From NCBI GenBank assembly GCA_010909165.1, contig VJWM01000352.1, positions 1-43,946 of the forward strand: a stretch of 43,946 nucleotides of DNA, read 5' to 3'. A program made the position numbers and the translations under genes. Positions 11,526 through 25,297 of the stretch are shown in pieces (positions within the stretch are counted from its first letter, which is position 1; each line of letters begins with the position of its first letter). The DNA is from Anthoceros angustus. Its lineage: Eukaryota > Plantae > Anthocerotophyta. The notes beneath the pieces were generated by a model, which did no database searches, was not told the DNA's origin, and was given only the letters and a program-made list of their open reading frames with translations.

Positions 11526-14500
11526 TGTAGGAGATCCGATTGCAGCGGTGGGGCCACCTCATTCCCTCGTGGGAGGAGACACTATCCCAGCACGTGAGCG
11601 CATCCTACTACCGTAGGGTCGCACTGGCGGGCAGGACCTCACCCTAGTTCAAGGCCTCTCCAACTTCCGGGCCACAGCGCTCAACTACTGCTCCCATAAA
11701 ACTCCACCTGCAGCCCGACACCTCCGCTCTGGATCTCGCTCCGGACCTGGCGACATCCTCGGTCGTGGGTCCGCCCCTCTAGGTCCACCGTCTACGCGTG
11801 GGACCCCCTACGGTAGCGCGACCTCACCCGTGATTTTGAGACCTTGGCCCAGCTTCCGGTCTCGGTTTGGTGCGATTTGGGACCCCTCCCTTAGGCTCGA
11901 CTTGGGCCTTCTTCTTACTCTAATCTCTACCTACTCCTCTACTCAACATTCAGCTCCACATTCTCCTCAACACTCACCTCAACTCAACTCCTCATCCTCC
12001 TAATCTAACCTTACTTCAAGCTCAGCCCTAGCTCGCCTTACGGCACAAGCTGGGAGTGCCTACAAGCCAACAAGTTCTTCCTTGGGCGGGGTTGCTATGA
12101 GTTTGCACAGACGAGAACCTCCGAGGGAGTCTTTCCTGTAGTCTACCCTCAAGCCGAGAGTTCCTTGGGCATCGCCACACACCCAAAGCAAAGCAATTTC
12201 ACAACCATTCACAAGGAGCAACTGCGGGCGCCCGCAAGGAGCAAGCCCTCCAAGCACTCCACCACCGCAAACTCCCTCTCTACCGGACATTCGTTAGCTT
12301 GGCCCGCGAAATTCCTTCTACAAGGACCAAAGGACTCGCGAGTTTGGGAGGCGCAAGGCGATAATTTTACTTCACAAGCTCCCTCCTTTTATAGGGAGGT
12401 CCACACACCTCCCACAGCGCGCCCTCACAGCCGCCTCACTCCTTATTCTAGTGTATCCTACTGTCAGACTTTAAGTTCTGACATCCAAGCATCTTGGGTG
12501 AAATTCTATTCTAGCAAACTTCACCTACGTGAGCCTTAATGGCTCCTGTCAACATTCCTATCTAGCTAGTCAATACACCCCTACTGGGTTGACAAGCATT
12601 TATGCCTATCCTCCTCTAAAGAAAGTCTCCCCCCAAGCAATGAGCCCACACTCCAAGCTACCACCAACCCCTTCAATTACCTCTAGATGCGTCGCAGCCT
12701 GGTGATCCTACGGATGTGGGCCACCCTCTACACCTCCTTGACGTGGGTCACTTCTTATGGCCCTACCGCCTCCACTCTCCCTGCAAGAAGGTCTCCGTGG
12801 CGGATCTTGCTCCATGCCTTCCTCTTCCTCCTTGAGTCATCCTCTGGGCCTTCCATATACCTTCGGATGTGTTGGGCTGTCCAGACCATCCAGATGCCAC
12901 CAAGTGCCTAGCCTCCACATGCGGGGAGCAATTAAATTCAAGCATCATGCCTCTTCCTGGCTCCTAGCAACCAACTTGCCCTTCTTAGGTGCTGTGGTTT
13001 GGGAAAACCGGGCACTCAGGTCCTCCCACTATAGCGGCCACACTTATCCCATCGCTTAACGTTGGGTTTCGTCCCATGAGACTTGTGAAAATTCGAGGCC
13101 TTGTGGTCACCAATCGCTGCGGTGACACACTTCTCGGCCTTCTAAACAAGCAAGCGCCCTCTACTCTCCCTCTTCTGATGCACCAGCACCTTGAAAATCG
13201 CCAATCCTCGACCTACAACGACACAAAACAATTCGAGGTCACTCCTGAGGAGCCTATCACGGGCGCCGGACTGATCCACACGCGATTTCGTCCCTACTTC
13301 TAAGACCACTCTTCTCCACTCGGGGCGCTCTTTTACTTGCAGTTGGGATTCGTCCCTTAGGCTGCACTGTGGCCTTCCACTAACACCTACACCTCTAATC
13401 CTCTACTCATCTTCTCATCTCCTCATCCTCTTCCTCCTATTCTAACCTCGATTCGGGCTTCTTGGTTTCGACTATTACGCTGTTGCACAGGGTCGCCTCC
13501 ACCGCAAGTTCTTCCTTGGGCGGTTGCTTTGTGAGTTTGACACGGGCGAGAACCTCAGTCTTTCCACCTGTAGTCTACCCTCAAGCGAGAGTTCTCAGGC
13601 ATTTGCCACACACCCAAAGCAAAGCAATTTCACAAAGAACCATTCACAAGGGAGCAACTGCTTAGGCACTTGCAGAGCAAGTCCTCCACCAAGCACTCCG
13701 ACCACGCACTCCCTCTCTACCGGACATTCGTTAGCTTGCAGCGAAATTCCTCTACAAGGACCAAAGGACTCGAGTTTGGGAGCGCAAGACGTGATAATTT
13801 TACTTCAAGCTCCCTCCTTTTATAGGGAGGTCTCACCTCTGACCTCCCACAGCGCCCTCCAGCCTGCCTCACTCCTTATTCTAGTGTATCCTATTCGGAC
13901 TTTAAGTTCGACATCCAAGCATCTTGGGTAAAATTCTATTCTAGCAAACTTCACCTATGTGAGCCTTAATGGCTCTGTCAACATTCCTATCTAGCTAGTC
14001 AACACACCCCCTGGGTTGACAAGCATTTGTCCTCCTCTAAAGAAAAGTCTCCCCCAAGCAATGAGCCCACACTCCAAGCTACCACCAACCCCTTCAATTA
14101 CCTCTAGATGCGTGCGCAGGGATCCGGATGTGGGCCACCCTCTACACCTCTTCGGACGTAGGGTCACTTCTTATGGCCCTACTCCACCTCTCCAAGAAGG
14201 TCTCCCGTGGCGGATCTTGCTCCATGCCTTCCTCTTCCTCCTTGAGTCATCCTCACCTTCCATACCATCGGATGTGTTGGGCTCCGGAAACCATACAGAT
14301 GCCACCAAGTGCCTAGCCTCCACATGCAGCAATTAAATTCAAGCATCATGCCTCTTCCCACAGCTCCTAGCAACCAACTTGCCCTTCTTAGGTGCGGTGT
14401 GGTTTGGGAAAACCGGGCACTCCCGGTCCTCCCACTATAAGCCACACTTATCCTTTCAAACGTCGTTGGGTTTCGTCCCATGAGACTTGTGTGAAAGTTC

Positions 14501-15560
14501 GAGGCCTTGTGGTCACCAATCGCTACTGCGGTGACACACTTCTCGGCCTTCTAAACAAGCAAGGCGCCCTCTACTCTCCCTCTTCGGTGCACCACTTGCC
14601 TTTGCTTGAAAATCGCCAATCCTCGACCTACAACGACACAAAACAATTGCGGGTCACGCCTCGGCGTGAGCCTATCACGGGCCGGACCCCAGTCCCACAC
14701 GCGATTTCGTCCCTACTTCTAAGACCACTCTTCTCCACTCGGGGCGCTCTTTTACTTGCAGTTGGGATTCGTCCCTTAGGCTCTGCACTGTGGCCTTCCA
14801 CTAACACCTACACCTCTAATCCTCTACTCATCTTCTCATCTCCTCATCCTCTTCCTCCTATTCTAACCTCGATTCGGGCTTCTTGGTTTCGACTATTACG
14901 CTGTTGCACAGGGTCGCCTCCACCGCAAGTTCTTCCTTGGGCGGTTGCTATGAGTTTGACACGGGCGAGAACCTCCGAGTCTTTCACAGTCTACCCTCAA
15001 GCCGAGAGTTCTCAGGCATTTGCCACACACCCAAAGCAAAGCAATTTCAAAGAACCATTCACAAGGGGAGCAACTGCTTAGGCACTTGCAGAGCAAGTCC
15101 TCCACCAAGCACTCCGACCACCGCGACTTCCTCTCTAGACTGTGTTGGCTCACGCACGAAATTCCTCCAGAATGGCAAAGGACTCGATGAGCGTGGAAGC
15201 GCAAGACATGATACTTTACTTTGTGAAACCTCCTCCTCTTATAGGAGGCCTTCCACATACAACCTCCCTTGGGTGACCCTACCGCAGTCACCTTTTCCAA
15301 TTTTCTATTATTTCCTACCACAAGATTTAATGTCCGCACCTAAGTCTATTGTCCGTCTTGGTAAATTCTATTCTAGCAACTTCACCTAAGTCTATCCTCA
15401 AGGATTACATCACCGTCCTTCCTATTCTTCTACCTAGCATTTATGGCCCTTGACCATATCTAGTCTTCACCTCGGGTAGGGACGTCCGTGGTGGATTGGC
15501 TCCCTCGCCCTCCTTTTGCTCTTGCCCTTCCTCCTTGAGTCATCCTCTTCCTAATGTGTG
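11526..15560 (-). repeat. Tandem array (about 1.4-kb period, about 3 units) of LTR-like sequence, family B
   Basis: CAAGTTCTTCCTTGGGCGG recurs near 12071, 13505 and 14926. A minus-strand CTATAA(AA) TATA-like motif occurs near 12390, 13820 and 15240. Two units end ...AAACCACA (near 12993 and 14398) after motifs shared with the 3' end of LTR A. The leftmost unit ends ...GGATCTCCTACA at 11526. Confidence 0.65.
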
Positions 15561-16544
15561 GGGCAAGTACAATCTTGCCCTTCCTCCATCTCGCTGGCGG
15601 CGCCTGGATTCCTCCGCTCCAAAGAATCGGCTTCCCGCCGCACCTAGGCGCCTTCTCCATCTCCGCCCGGGTCGCGCTGCTTAGACCCTACCGCTGTAGT
15701 CCGGCATCATCGGTTGACTACCATGTGTAGTCCGCCCTATCTCCTTCCTTCCTTCTTCCTCCGCTGTGAGGGTTTCGGGTCGATCTTCATTGCTTTGCCT
15801 CCGCTTGATTTGTCCATACCTATCATAGAGCACAAAAGATCTTCATCCCCATCCGCCCCACCATGGATCCTCTTCCTAATCTCCGGCCTTTTGCTCTTGC
15901 CCTTCCTCTTCCTCCGCAATCGCGCTTCCGCGCTACCTTTTCTCCGCCTCCGTCGCTGGTGGCGCCCGCATCCCTACGCGGTGATCGGCGGACTAGGGGG
16001 GTGACTACCATGGTAGTCGGTCCCTATCTCCTTCTTCCTTCTTCCTCCCGCGGTGAGGGTTTCTTGGTCAAGATCTCATTGCTCTTTGCCTTCTGTTTGA
16101 TTTGTCCATACCTATCATAGAGCACAAAGAGCTTCATCCCCATCGACCATGCGGATTTTCTAACTCTCGGGCCCTTTTGCTCCTCCTCGGGTCCCGGTTC
16201 CTCCCTTACTCGCGGGATAAGGGAATTCCTCACCCCTTCCTTCCTCCGACGGGTCGGACCTGCCCCTTAGTTTCTCCGGGGTTGTCTCTCCCACCACCCA
16301 ATCTCCCCTCTAGGGGTATACTGACCCCGGCTTTATCTTCTCCGCCGGCCAACTCCCCATCAGCCTCGTGCCTGCTGGCACTGCCACCCCTAGTCCGCAT
16401 CACCGCGAGGTGGTTGCCCCCACGGTAGTCCGGCATCACTGGTAGGGTGGTCACCCACCGTGGTAGGTGACCCCTTGAGGGTGGGCCCTCTTGCCTCCGC
16501 CGCCTCCCACCCCTGCGCCACGCTCCTCACCTCCCGACCTCGAT

Positions 16545-18500
16545 TCCTGAGTCCATTTCACGATGGCCTCATCAAAATCGGAGGCCTCTGGCTGCACTTG
16601 TTGCGGCTCCTTTCATCATCATCATGAGGACCTATTGTCCTCCTCTTGGCCAACCGTAAGACTTGTTGGCCTTCAAAATCTGTGGAGGTGAGCCCCAAGT
16701 TGTGATGCATTTGGAGATCATCAATCTCCGTGGGCCACTCTCCATCTTCACACCTACCTTTGTAGGCGTCCCTTGAGGTGGTCAATTCCCCCACCTTGAC
16801 ATGGAGGGTCACATTCTCCTCCCTCACTTCCTTTAGCTGGCTGGCCAATTTTGCCTGAAGGGCATAGTCTGCCCAAAATCGCCGCTTCCTCACTACCAGC
16901 ATTCTGTGCACCACCTTCTTGTGGCGCTCCTCCTCTGAGACCTCCTTGTTCCAGTCTCTAATTGTCAAGCCCCTCCTTCTCCGCTTGCCAAGCATTCTTT
17001 CGGCCCAGCCTCCGAGGCTTCTGCCGCCTCCTCCTCCAAATTATACCGGTCCTTCTCAATTCCTCTCCCATATCCGGATTTTGATAGCTTGAGTAGCCAT
17101 CACACTGCTCATGTCGGCCACTCGAGTTGCCGCTTCTCCTTCCTAGTGCCTCACCTTGCTCTCGCGTCTCCACCCCTGGCGCGTGCTCCTCACCTCGACT
17201 CCTCAGTTCCTCGGAGTCCATTTGATGGCCTCATCAAAATCGGAGGCCTCTGGCTGCACTTGTTGCGGCTCCTTTGATCATCATGAGGACCCATTGTCCT
17301 CCTCTTGGCCAACCGTAAGACTTCGTTGTTGGCCTTCAAAATCCTGTTGTGGAGGTGAGCCCCCAAGTTATGATACTGCATTTGGAGATCATCAATCTCC
17401 GTGGGCCACTCTCCATCCTCACACCTACCTTTGTAGGCGTCCCTCGAGGTGGTCAATTCCCCCACCTTGACATGGAGGGTCACATTCTCCTCCCTCGCTT
17501 CCTTTAGCTGGCTGGCCAATTTTGCCTGAAGGGCATAGTCTGCCCAAAATCGCCGCTTCCTCACCACCAGCATTCTGTGCACCACCTTCTTGTGGCGCTC
17601 CTCCTCTGAACCTCCTTTGTTCCAGGTCTGCTAATTGCTGGACAAGCCCCTCCTTCTCCGCTTGCCAAGCATTCTTTTCGGCCCAGCCTCCGAGGCTTCT
17701 GCCGCCTCCTCCTCCAAATTATACCGGTCCTTCTCAATTCCTCTCCCATATCCGGATTTTGATAGCTTGAGTAGCCATCACTGCTCATGTCGGCCACTCG
17801 AGTTGCCGCTTCTCCTTCCTAGTGCCTCACCTTGCTCTCGCGTCTCCCACCCTTGGGTGGGCGCCTCCTCCTCACCTCGACTCCTCAGTTCCTCGGAGTC
17901 CATTTGATGGCCTCATCAAAATCGGAGGCCTCTGGCTGCACTTGTTGCGGCTCCTTTGATCATCATGAGGACCCAATGTCCTCCTCTTGGCCAACCGTAA
18001 GACTCATTGTTGGCCTTCAAAATTCTGTTGTGGAGGTGAGCCCCAAGCTATGATGCATTTGGAGATCATCAATCTCCGTGGGCCACTCTCCATCCTCACA
18101 CCTACCTTTGTAGGCGTCCCTTGAGGTGGTCAATTCCCCACCTTGACATGGAGGTCACATTCTCCTCCCTCACTTCCTTTTGGTGGCTGGCCAATTTTGC
18201 ACGAAGGGCATAATGCCAAAATGCTCTTCCTCACTACCATTCTTGCACCACCTTCTTGTGGCTCCTCCTGAGACCTCCTTGTTCCAGTCGCTAATTCTTG
18301 GCAAGCCCCTCCTTCTCCGCTTGCCAAGCATTCTTTTTCTCGGCTCCTGCTCTGGTCTTGTGCTTCTCGCTCGGCGCTCCTCTTCAAATTATGGGTCCTT
18401 CTCAACTTCCTCTCCCATATCCGGATTTTGATGGCTTGAGTAGCCATCACTGCTCATGTCGGCCACTTCTTTGGTGCTTCTCCTTCCTAGTGCCTCGGCC
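16545..18500 (-). repeat. About 680-bp triplication encoding a charged, coiled-coil-like peptide (part of an extra ORF)
   Basis: HRMLVVRKRRFWADYALQAKLASQLKE..EENVTLHVKVGELTT is encoded in ORFs 16558..16995 and 17190..17585, with a diverged third copy near 18130-18450. Confidence 0.8.
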
Positions 18501-19395
18501 TTGCTCTTCCTTTCTTGCCCAGCTTGGGCAAAATGCTCTTCCGCCTTTTGCCTCCAAGAGTCCTTTGGGTTGTTGCCGAATGGCTCTTTCTTCGCTGACA
18601 ACTTCCCTCTAGCTTTTTCTGTGCTACCGTTCTATGAGGTCGCTACTGAGCTTCATGCCTTTCCACTTTGCCTGACTCCATGGCCTCCAATTGCCACTTG
18701 GTCCTGCTTTCTTCCGGCCATGTCTTGAGACTCCTCTTGGCATGCCCACAAGGAGGCTGCTAGGTCCCAGCCCCTTCAAATCCACGCTTGAGTGCTTCAC
18801 AAGCACCCAAAGAATTCTCCTAGGGGTCCTAATTCCACCCCTCTTCTTCTTCTTGGAAATTTCCAGCTCTCACACTCTCGGGCCATCAGTGGCCTTCCGT
18901 CGCTCCATCCGCTCTCCCACCCGGTAGCGGAGATGGTGGCCGGCCGGCACCTCGTGCCGCTTCTCCTTCCCTTCCACCATTCGGCCTTCCTCTCCCACCC
19001 GGTAGCGGAGATGGTGGGGACTCCCCCACCCTTGGGTGGGCGCCTCCCTGGTAGTCCGCCACCTACCATGGTATCGACGCCTACCACTAGGCTGCCCACC
19101 CTTGGGTGGGCGCCTCCCACCCGGTAGCGGAGATGGTGGGGTGCCTCTCGTAGGCACAAATGAGATGGTGGGGACTCCCCACTCTGCCACCCCTCCCGTA
19201 GTCCTTCTCTCATAGACTACCATTCGGCCTCGGCCTTGCTCTTCCTTTCTTGCTAATTGGGCAAAATGCTCTTCCTTTTGCCTCCAAGAGTCCTTTGGGT
19301 TGTTGCCGAATGGCTCTTTCTTCTTGTGACAACTTCCCTTCCGGGGCTTTTGCGGCTGTTCTATGAGGTCGTGGGAGCTTCTCTGACCTTTTCGC

Positions 19396-21190
19396 TTGGC
19401 TGCCTTTTCATCGGACTCCATGGCCTCCAATTGCCACTTGGTCCTGCTTTCTTCCCATGTCTTGGGCCTTGACCTCCTCTTGGCATGCCCACAAGGAGGC
19501 TGGTCCCAGCTCCCTTCAAATCCACCGGTTGAGTGCTTCACAAGCAATTCTCCTAGGGGTCCTAATTCCACCCCTCCTTCTTCTTTGAAATTTCCAGCTC
19601 TCACTGCCTTCGGGCCATCAGCCTTGGCCTCCCCCATCGCTCCATCCGCTCTCCCACCCGGTAGCGGAGATGGTGGCCTCGGCGCCCTCGCGCTCTTCTT
19701 CTCCTTCCCTTCCCACCCCTGTTTGCACAGGCGTGGGGTGCTGCCCTGTGGTGCTCCCCCAGTAGTGCGCCTACCTACCATGGTGGGGTGCGCCTACCAT
19801 GGTGGGGACTCCCCACCCTTGGGTGGGCGCCTCCCACCCGGTAGCGGAGATGGTGGGGTGCCTCTCTCGTAGGCACAAATGAGATGGTGGGGACTCCCCC
19901 ACCCTTGGGCTCACCCCTCACAGTAGTCCTTCTCTCATAGACTACCATTCGGCCTTCCTCGGCGATTCTGCTCTTCTCCCTTGCTTGCTCTGTGGGAAAG
20001 GATTCCCACTCGGCAACTTTGTTGCCTCCACCTTCTCCTCTTGCTTCTAGCATGTTTGTGGAGGTCCGACCTCCCACCGCCTTCGCAATGCAAAGGCAAA
20101 GGCCTTTCCAAACTCGGAGGTGGATGACCTCAAAGGGATGCCACGCATCTTCAAGCTCCTTGCTTGTGAGAAGTCCCTCGGTTTCCCATAAATGCACCAA
20201 ATAGGTGCTAAGGTAGCATGGCTGGCCCTTCCTCATCCACGAATTTGGCTTGAGGAGCTTCTCTCGATGGTGTATGTACGCTTCATACATGATAGTCCCC
20301 AATCCGCTTGGCTGCCTTTTCATCGGACTCCATGGCCTCCAATTGCCACTTGGTCCTGCTTTCTTCCCATGTCTTGGGCCTTGACCTCCTCTTGGCATGC
20401 CCACAAGGAGGCTGGTCCCAGCTCCCTTCAAATCCACCGGTTGAGTGCTTCACAAGCAATTCTCCTAGGGGTCCTAATTCCACCCCTCCTTCTTCTTTGA
20501 AATTTCCAGCTCTCACTGCCTTCGGGCCATCAGCCTTGGCCTCCCCCATCGCTCCATCCGCTCTCCCACCCGGTAGCGGAGATGGTGGCCTCGGCGCCCT
20601 CGCGCTCTTCTTCTCCTTCCCTTCCCACCCCTGTTTGCACAGGCGTGGGGTGCTGCCCTGTGGTGCTCCCCCAGTAGTGCGCCTACCTACCATGGTGGGG
20701 TGCGCCTACCATGGTGGTGCCCACCCTTGGGTGGGCGCCTCCCACCCGGTAGCGGAGATGGTGGGGTGCCTCTCTCGTAGGCACAAATGAGATGGTGGGG
20801 ACTCCCCCACCCTTGGGCTCACCCCTCACAGTAGTCCTTCTCTCATAGACTACCATTCGGCCTTCCTCGGCGATTCTGCTCTTCTCCCTTGCTTGCTCTG
20901 TGGGAAAGGATTCCCACTCGGCAACTTTGTTGCCTCCTTCTCCTCTTGCTTCTAGCATGTTTGTGGAGTCGACCTCCCACCGTCTTCAATGCAAAGGCAA
21001 AGGCCTTTCCAAACTCGGAGGTGGATGACCTCAAAGGGATGCCCATCTTCAAGCTCCTTGCTTGTGAGAAGTCCCTCGGTTTCCCATAAATGCACCAAAT
21101 AGGTGCTAAGGTAGCATGGCACGGGCCCTTCCTCATCCACGAATTTGGCTTGAGGAGCTTCTCGATGGTGTATGTACGCTTCATACATGA
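19396..21190 (-). repeat. 912-bp-period tandem duplication
   Basis: ORFs 19396.. and 20308.. translate identically for about 135 aa. Confidence 0.85.
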
Positions 21191-22321
21191 TGGTTTAATC
21201 GGCTTGGCTCCCATGGAAATCTTCCACAAAATTGGAGGAAGTTGGTGCTGAATAAGAAGTGCGTTGGTAATTTACCAACCCCAGACACAATCTTTGCGAA
21301 GAGCCTCCACTTGACTCCTTGATGCTCTCGGTCTTCCACCATTCTTGGCGTGGCCTTCACTCCCCCATCCATCATGTCAAGGAACTCTGCGGGATATCGG
21401 AGAGGGCTGTCCTCTTCCCTCCATTGACCTTTCGAGGAGAGCAATTCAGCTCTTCCTCCTCTCCATACACTGAATACTCCTTACGGTCCAACATGGGATC
21501 CGTTCTAGCATTCCTTTCCAGAGCGCGAGGGTCGCCCGATTGATGGAGGTTGATGTAACACTCCTCAATCAATTCCAAATTGGTGTAGGCCCATTGGCGG
21601 CCATACACCCATCCTAATTGGATGTTCTCCTCCTCGCCCCTTGAAAATCAACCAAATCGAGGGTTGCTGCCCAAAGAAAGCAAGTGAATTGGGGCATCAC
21701 AAGTTCACCTCCTCGGGCAGCCGCTTTTTCCTTTTCTCCTCGCGAGGAGGAGCCTTGCCAGGCTCCTTTCCTTTTCCATCGAGGCATGGCACCTCCTTAC
21801 TCCCCACGCCCTAGCAAAGAGGATTACTTCCCAATTTTCAGTGTGCTCCAAGCTTCACCTCCAAACACTCCTTTTCTCGCAGTGCGCGACTCGACCGAGG
21901 CACAAGCACACGTTAGCCTGCCTTGAGCCTCGGCGCCGCCGATTTTCCTCTTGATTTCTTCTCCGCGCCGCCAGTGTGGTCGCGATTTTCCTCCTTCTAC
22001 TCTCTTCACCTACTGCCCGCCTCGCGCCTCCTCGCCGGATGCCTCCTTCAATGTGTCCCTTTTCCCGGTGTTGAAGAGCTTCTGCCTGAGCGCCTGCTTG
22101 CCGCCTCCTCTTCTCCTTTCCCACTAGGGGTCTTCTCCTTCGCACCGCCTTCCTCGCTCGCCGCAGCCGACGGCAATGGCAGCTTCTCCTTCGGCTTCTT
22201 TGCGCCTCCGCCTGGGCCTCGCCTTGGGAAGTGAGTTCGCCTCGAAGAGGAAGTTACGCCAAACGCACTTTGCCTCCTTGGATGGCCACGGCCACACAAC
22301 CCTAGATTGTGCATCATTCAC
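20950..22321 (-). pseudogene. Extra 3' ORF of Athila/Tat-like element (plant transposon-associated protein-like), duplicate copy
   Basis: Frameshifted duplicate of 23080-24481: YGRQWAYTNLELIEECYINL...KWRLFAKIV...CYLSTYLVHLWE. Confidence 0.5.
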
Positions 22322-23079
22322 AAAATCCTAACTGATCTATATACTACCTATTTTCCTACTCGCTATCCTAATTAATCTCTTGCTAATTACTCTATATATT
22401 TATCCCTATTGATGAGCATATATAGTGGATATCCCCCTTTATTCTAAGTTTCCTTTTTAGAGATTTGTCCACCGCGGTAGTCCGCCATTGTAGTCCGCTC
22501 CTCACTCCTACGGCGAGGTGTGGCAGCCTCACGGTAGTCCGCCACCTACCAACCTTCTTGACCGCCTTCGCGCTGGGGTCGCGACCCGTTTTCCTCTGGG
22601 ATATCCTCTTTGCCTTCCTAACAATATTCCAGCTCTCCTGCACCCTTCGGGCCATCGTGGTGCCTTGGCCCTTCACCGTCGCTCCATCCGCTCTCCCACC
22701 CGGTAGCGGAGATGGTGGCCTCGGCGCCCGCTCGCACCTCGTCTTCTCCTTCCCTTCCACCACACGTGCTTTTGCGGCGTGGGGTGCGCCTACCATGGTG
22801 GTGCTCCCCCGGTAGTGCCTACCTACCATGGTGGGGTGCGCCTACCATGGTGGGGACTCCCCCACCCTTGGGTGGGCGCCTCCCTGGGGTAATGGCGGGG
22901 TGCCTCTCTCGTAGGCACAAATGAGATGGTGGGGACTCCCCCACCCTTGGGTCACCCCTCACAGTAGTCCTTCTCTCATAGACTACCATTCGGCCTTCCT
23001 CTTCTTTCTCTCCCTTGCTTGCTCTGTGGGAAAGGATTCCCACTCGGCAACTTTGTTGCCTCCACCTTCTCCTCTTGCT

Positions 23080-24481
23080 TCTAGCATGTTTGTGGAGTCG
23101 ACCTCCCATCTTCCAATGCAAAGGCAAAGGCCTTTCCAAACTCGGAGGTGGATGACCTCAAAGGGATGCCATCTTCAAGCTCCTTGCTTGTGAGAGTCCC
23201 TCGGTTTCCCATAAATGCACCAAATAGGTGCTAAGGTAGCATAACAGCCCTTCCTCATCCACGAATTTGGCTTGAGGAGCTTCTCGATGGTGTATGTACG
23301 CTTCATACATGGTTCCCCAATCCTTGGCTCCCATGGAAATCTTCCACAAAATTGGAGGAAGTTGGTCTTTGAAATAAGAAGTGCGTTGGTAATTTACCAA
23401 CCCCAGCACAATCTTTGCGAAGAGCCTCCACTTCAGCTCCTTGATGCTCTCGGTCTTCCAGCCATTCTTGGCGTGGGCCTTCACTCCCCCATCCATCATG
23501 TCAAGGAACTCTTGCGGGATATCAGAGAGGGTTGTCCTCTTCCCTCCATTGGACCTTTCGAGGAGAGCAATTCCAGTGCTCTCTTCCTCCGGTCTCCCGT
23601 ACACCTGTCGAATACTCCTTACGGTCCAACAGCGGGGATCCGTTCTAGCATTCCTTTCCGGTAGCGCGGCGAGGGCTGCTTCCGATTGATGGAGGTTGAT
23701 GTAACACTCCTCAATCAATTCCAAATTGGTGTAGGCCCATTGGCGGCCATACACCCATCCTAGTGGATGTTCTCCTCCTCGCCCCTTGAAAATCAACCAA
23801 ATCTAGAGGTTAAGCTGCCCGGCAAAGCAAGTGAATTGGGGCATCACAAGTTCACCTCCCACAGTACACTGCTGCTTTCTTTCCTTTTTCTCCTCGCGAG
23901 GAGGCCCTTGCCGGCTCCTTTCCCTTGCCTTTTCCATTTCGAGGCATGGCACCTTCCTCACGCTCCTAGCAAGAGGATTACTTCCCAATTTTCAGCGTTG
24001 CTCTTCACCTCAAACACTCCTTTTCTCGTCATGACTCGACTGAGGCACAAGCACACGTTAGCCTGTCTTGAGCCTCCCTGCTGCCGATTTTCCTCTTGAT
24101 TTCTTCTCCTAAGCCGCGCCCGCAGGTGTGTGATTTTCCTCCTTCTACTCTCACTCTCCTTCACCTGCCTTCCAGGCGCTCAACCAGCGCTCACTGTGGG
24201 CTCCTTGTCCCTTTTCCCGGTGTTGAAGAGCTTCTCGGTGCCACAGGCGCTCGGTGCTTCGCCTCCTCTTCTCCTTTCCCACTAGGGGTCTTCTCCTTGC
24301 GCCTTCCTCTGTTGCGTGGCAGCGAATCTTCTTCGGCTTCTTTGCGCTCCGAGTCTTCTTTTGGGAAGTGAGGTCGCCTCAGCTCGAAGAGGAAGTTGGC
24401 GCTGCCCCAAACCGCACTTTGCCTTCCTTGGATGACTGCCACCTGGCGGCCACACAACCCTAGATTCGGTGCATCATTCAC
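23080..24481 (-). pseudogene. Extra 3' ORF of Athila/Tat-like element (plant transposon-associated protein-like)
   Basis: ORF 23158..23796 (212 aa) has globular-protein composition with LELIEECYIN, WRLFAKIV, DWGT.MY and YLSTYLVHL segments. It lies between the integrase remnant and the LTR-like array on the same strand. The family assignment is by resemblance only. Confidence 0.55.
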
Positions 24482-25223
24482 AAAATCCTAATCTGATCTA
24501 TACTACCTATTTTTCTACTCTGCCTGCTATCCCTAATTAATCTCTTGCTAATTACTCTATATATTTATCCCCTATTGATGAGCATATATAGTGGATATCC
24601 CCCTTTATTCTAAGTTTCCTTTTTAGAGATTTGTCCACCGCGGTAGTCCGCCATTGTAGTCCGCTCCTCACTCCTACGGCGAGGTGTGGCAGCCTCACGG
24701 TAGTCCGACCACCAACCTTCTTGACCGCCTTCGCGCTGGGGTCGCGACCCGTTTTCCTCTGGGATATCCTCTTTGCCTTCCTAACAATATTCCAGCTCTA
24801 GTTCCAAGATCTTGAAGTTTTCCTGATGTTCCTCTTCAATCGGTCTTAGCCAAAAAATCAAACTTGTTCGTCTCTTCCCGCTTTGACCGGTGTTGCCCAA
24901 ACCACGCTCAGCAGCGCTTTCACCATCTTGCACCTTCAAAATAACTGCACAAACAAGACAAGCTTGGGCACGCCCACGTGCTCGTTTCCAATGTCACCTC
25001 AGTGTCTACACACAATTGCGAGATTTCTTCACTCGCCACACAAGATCCATCAAGAGAGCAACTTCAGCCCTTTTCCACTTACTTCCTCTTCACTCCACAG
25101 TCCCACCTAGCTCAAACTTGATGTCCTCACAACATACACCTCCTTATGCGCCCAAATCCCTCACTTGAATGGTCCTCCTTCTCCTTGCACACACACGGGC
25201 ACCGCGTTCCCACCAAGTCCTTG

Positions 25224-25297
25224 CTCTAGCTTTCCCTTGCATGCACAAGCTCTTCCTCGCCTCTAGCTTTCCCTTGCATGCACAAGCTCTTCCTCGC
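25224..25297. repeat. Perfect 37-bp direct repeat, two copies
   Basis: CTCTAGCTTTCCCTTGCATGCACAAGCTCTTCCTCGC occurs twice in tandem. Confidence 0.9.

Noticed and set aside
18797-20790. Long G/P/R-rich ORFs on both strands as host genes
   Set aside because: They are open frames caused by GC-rich tandem repeats, with no recognisable domain and inconsistent frames between duplicates.
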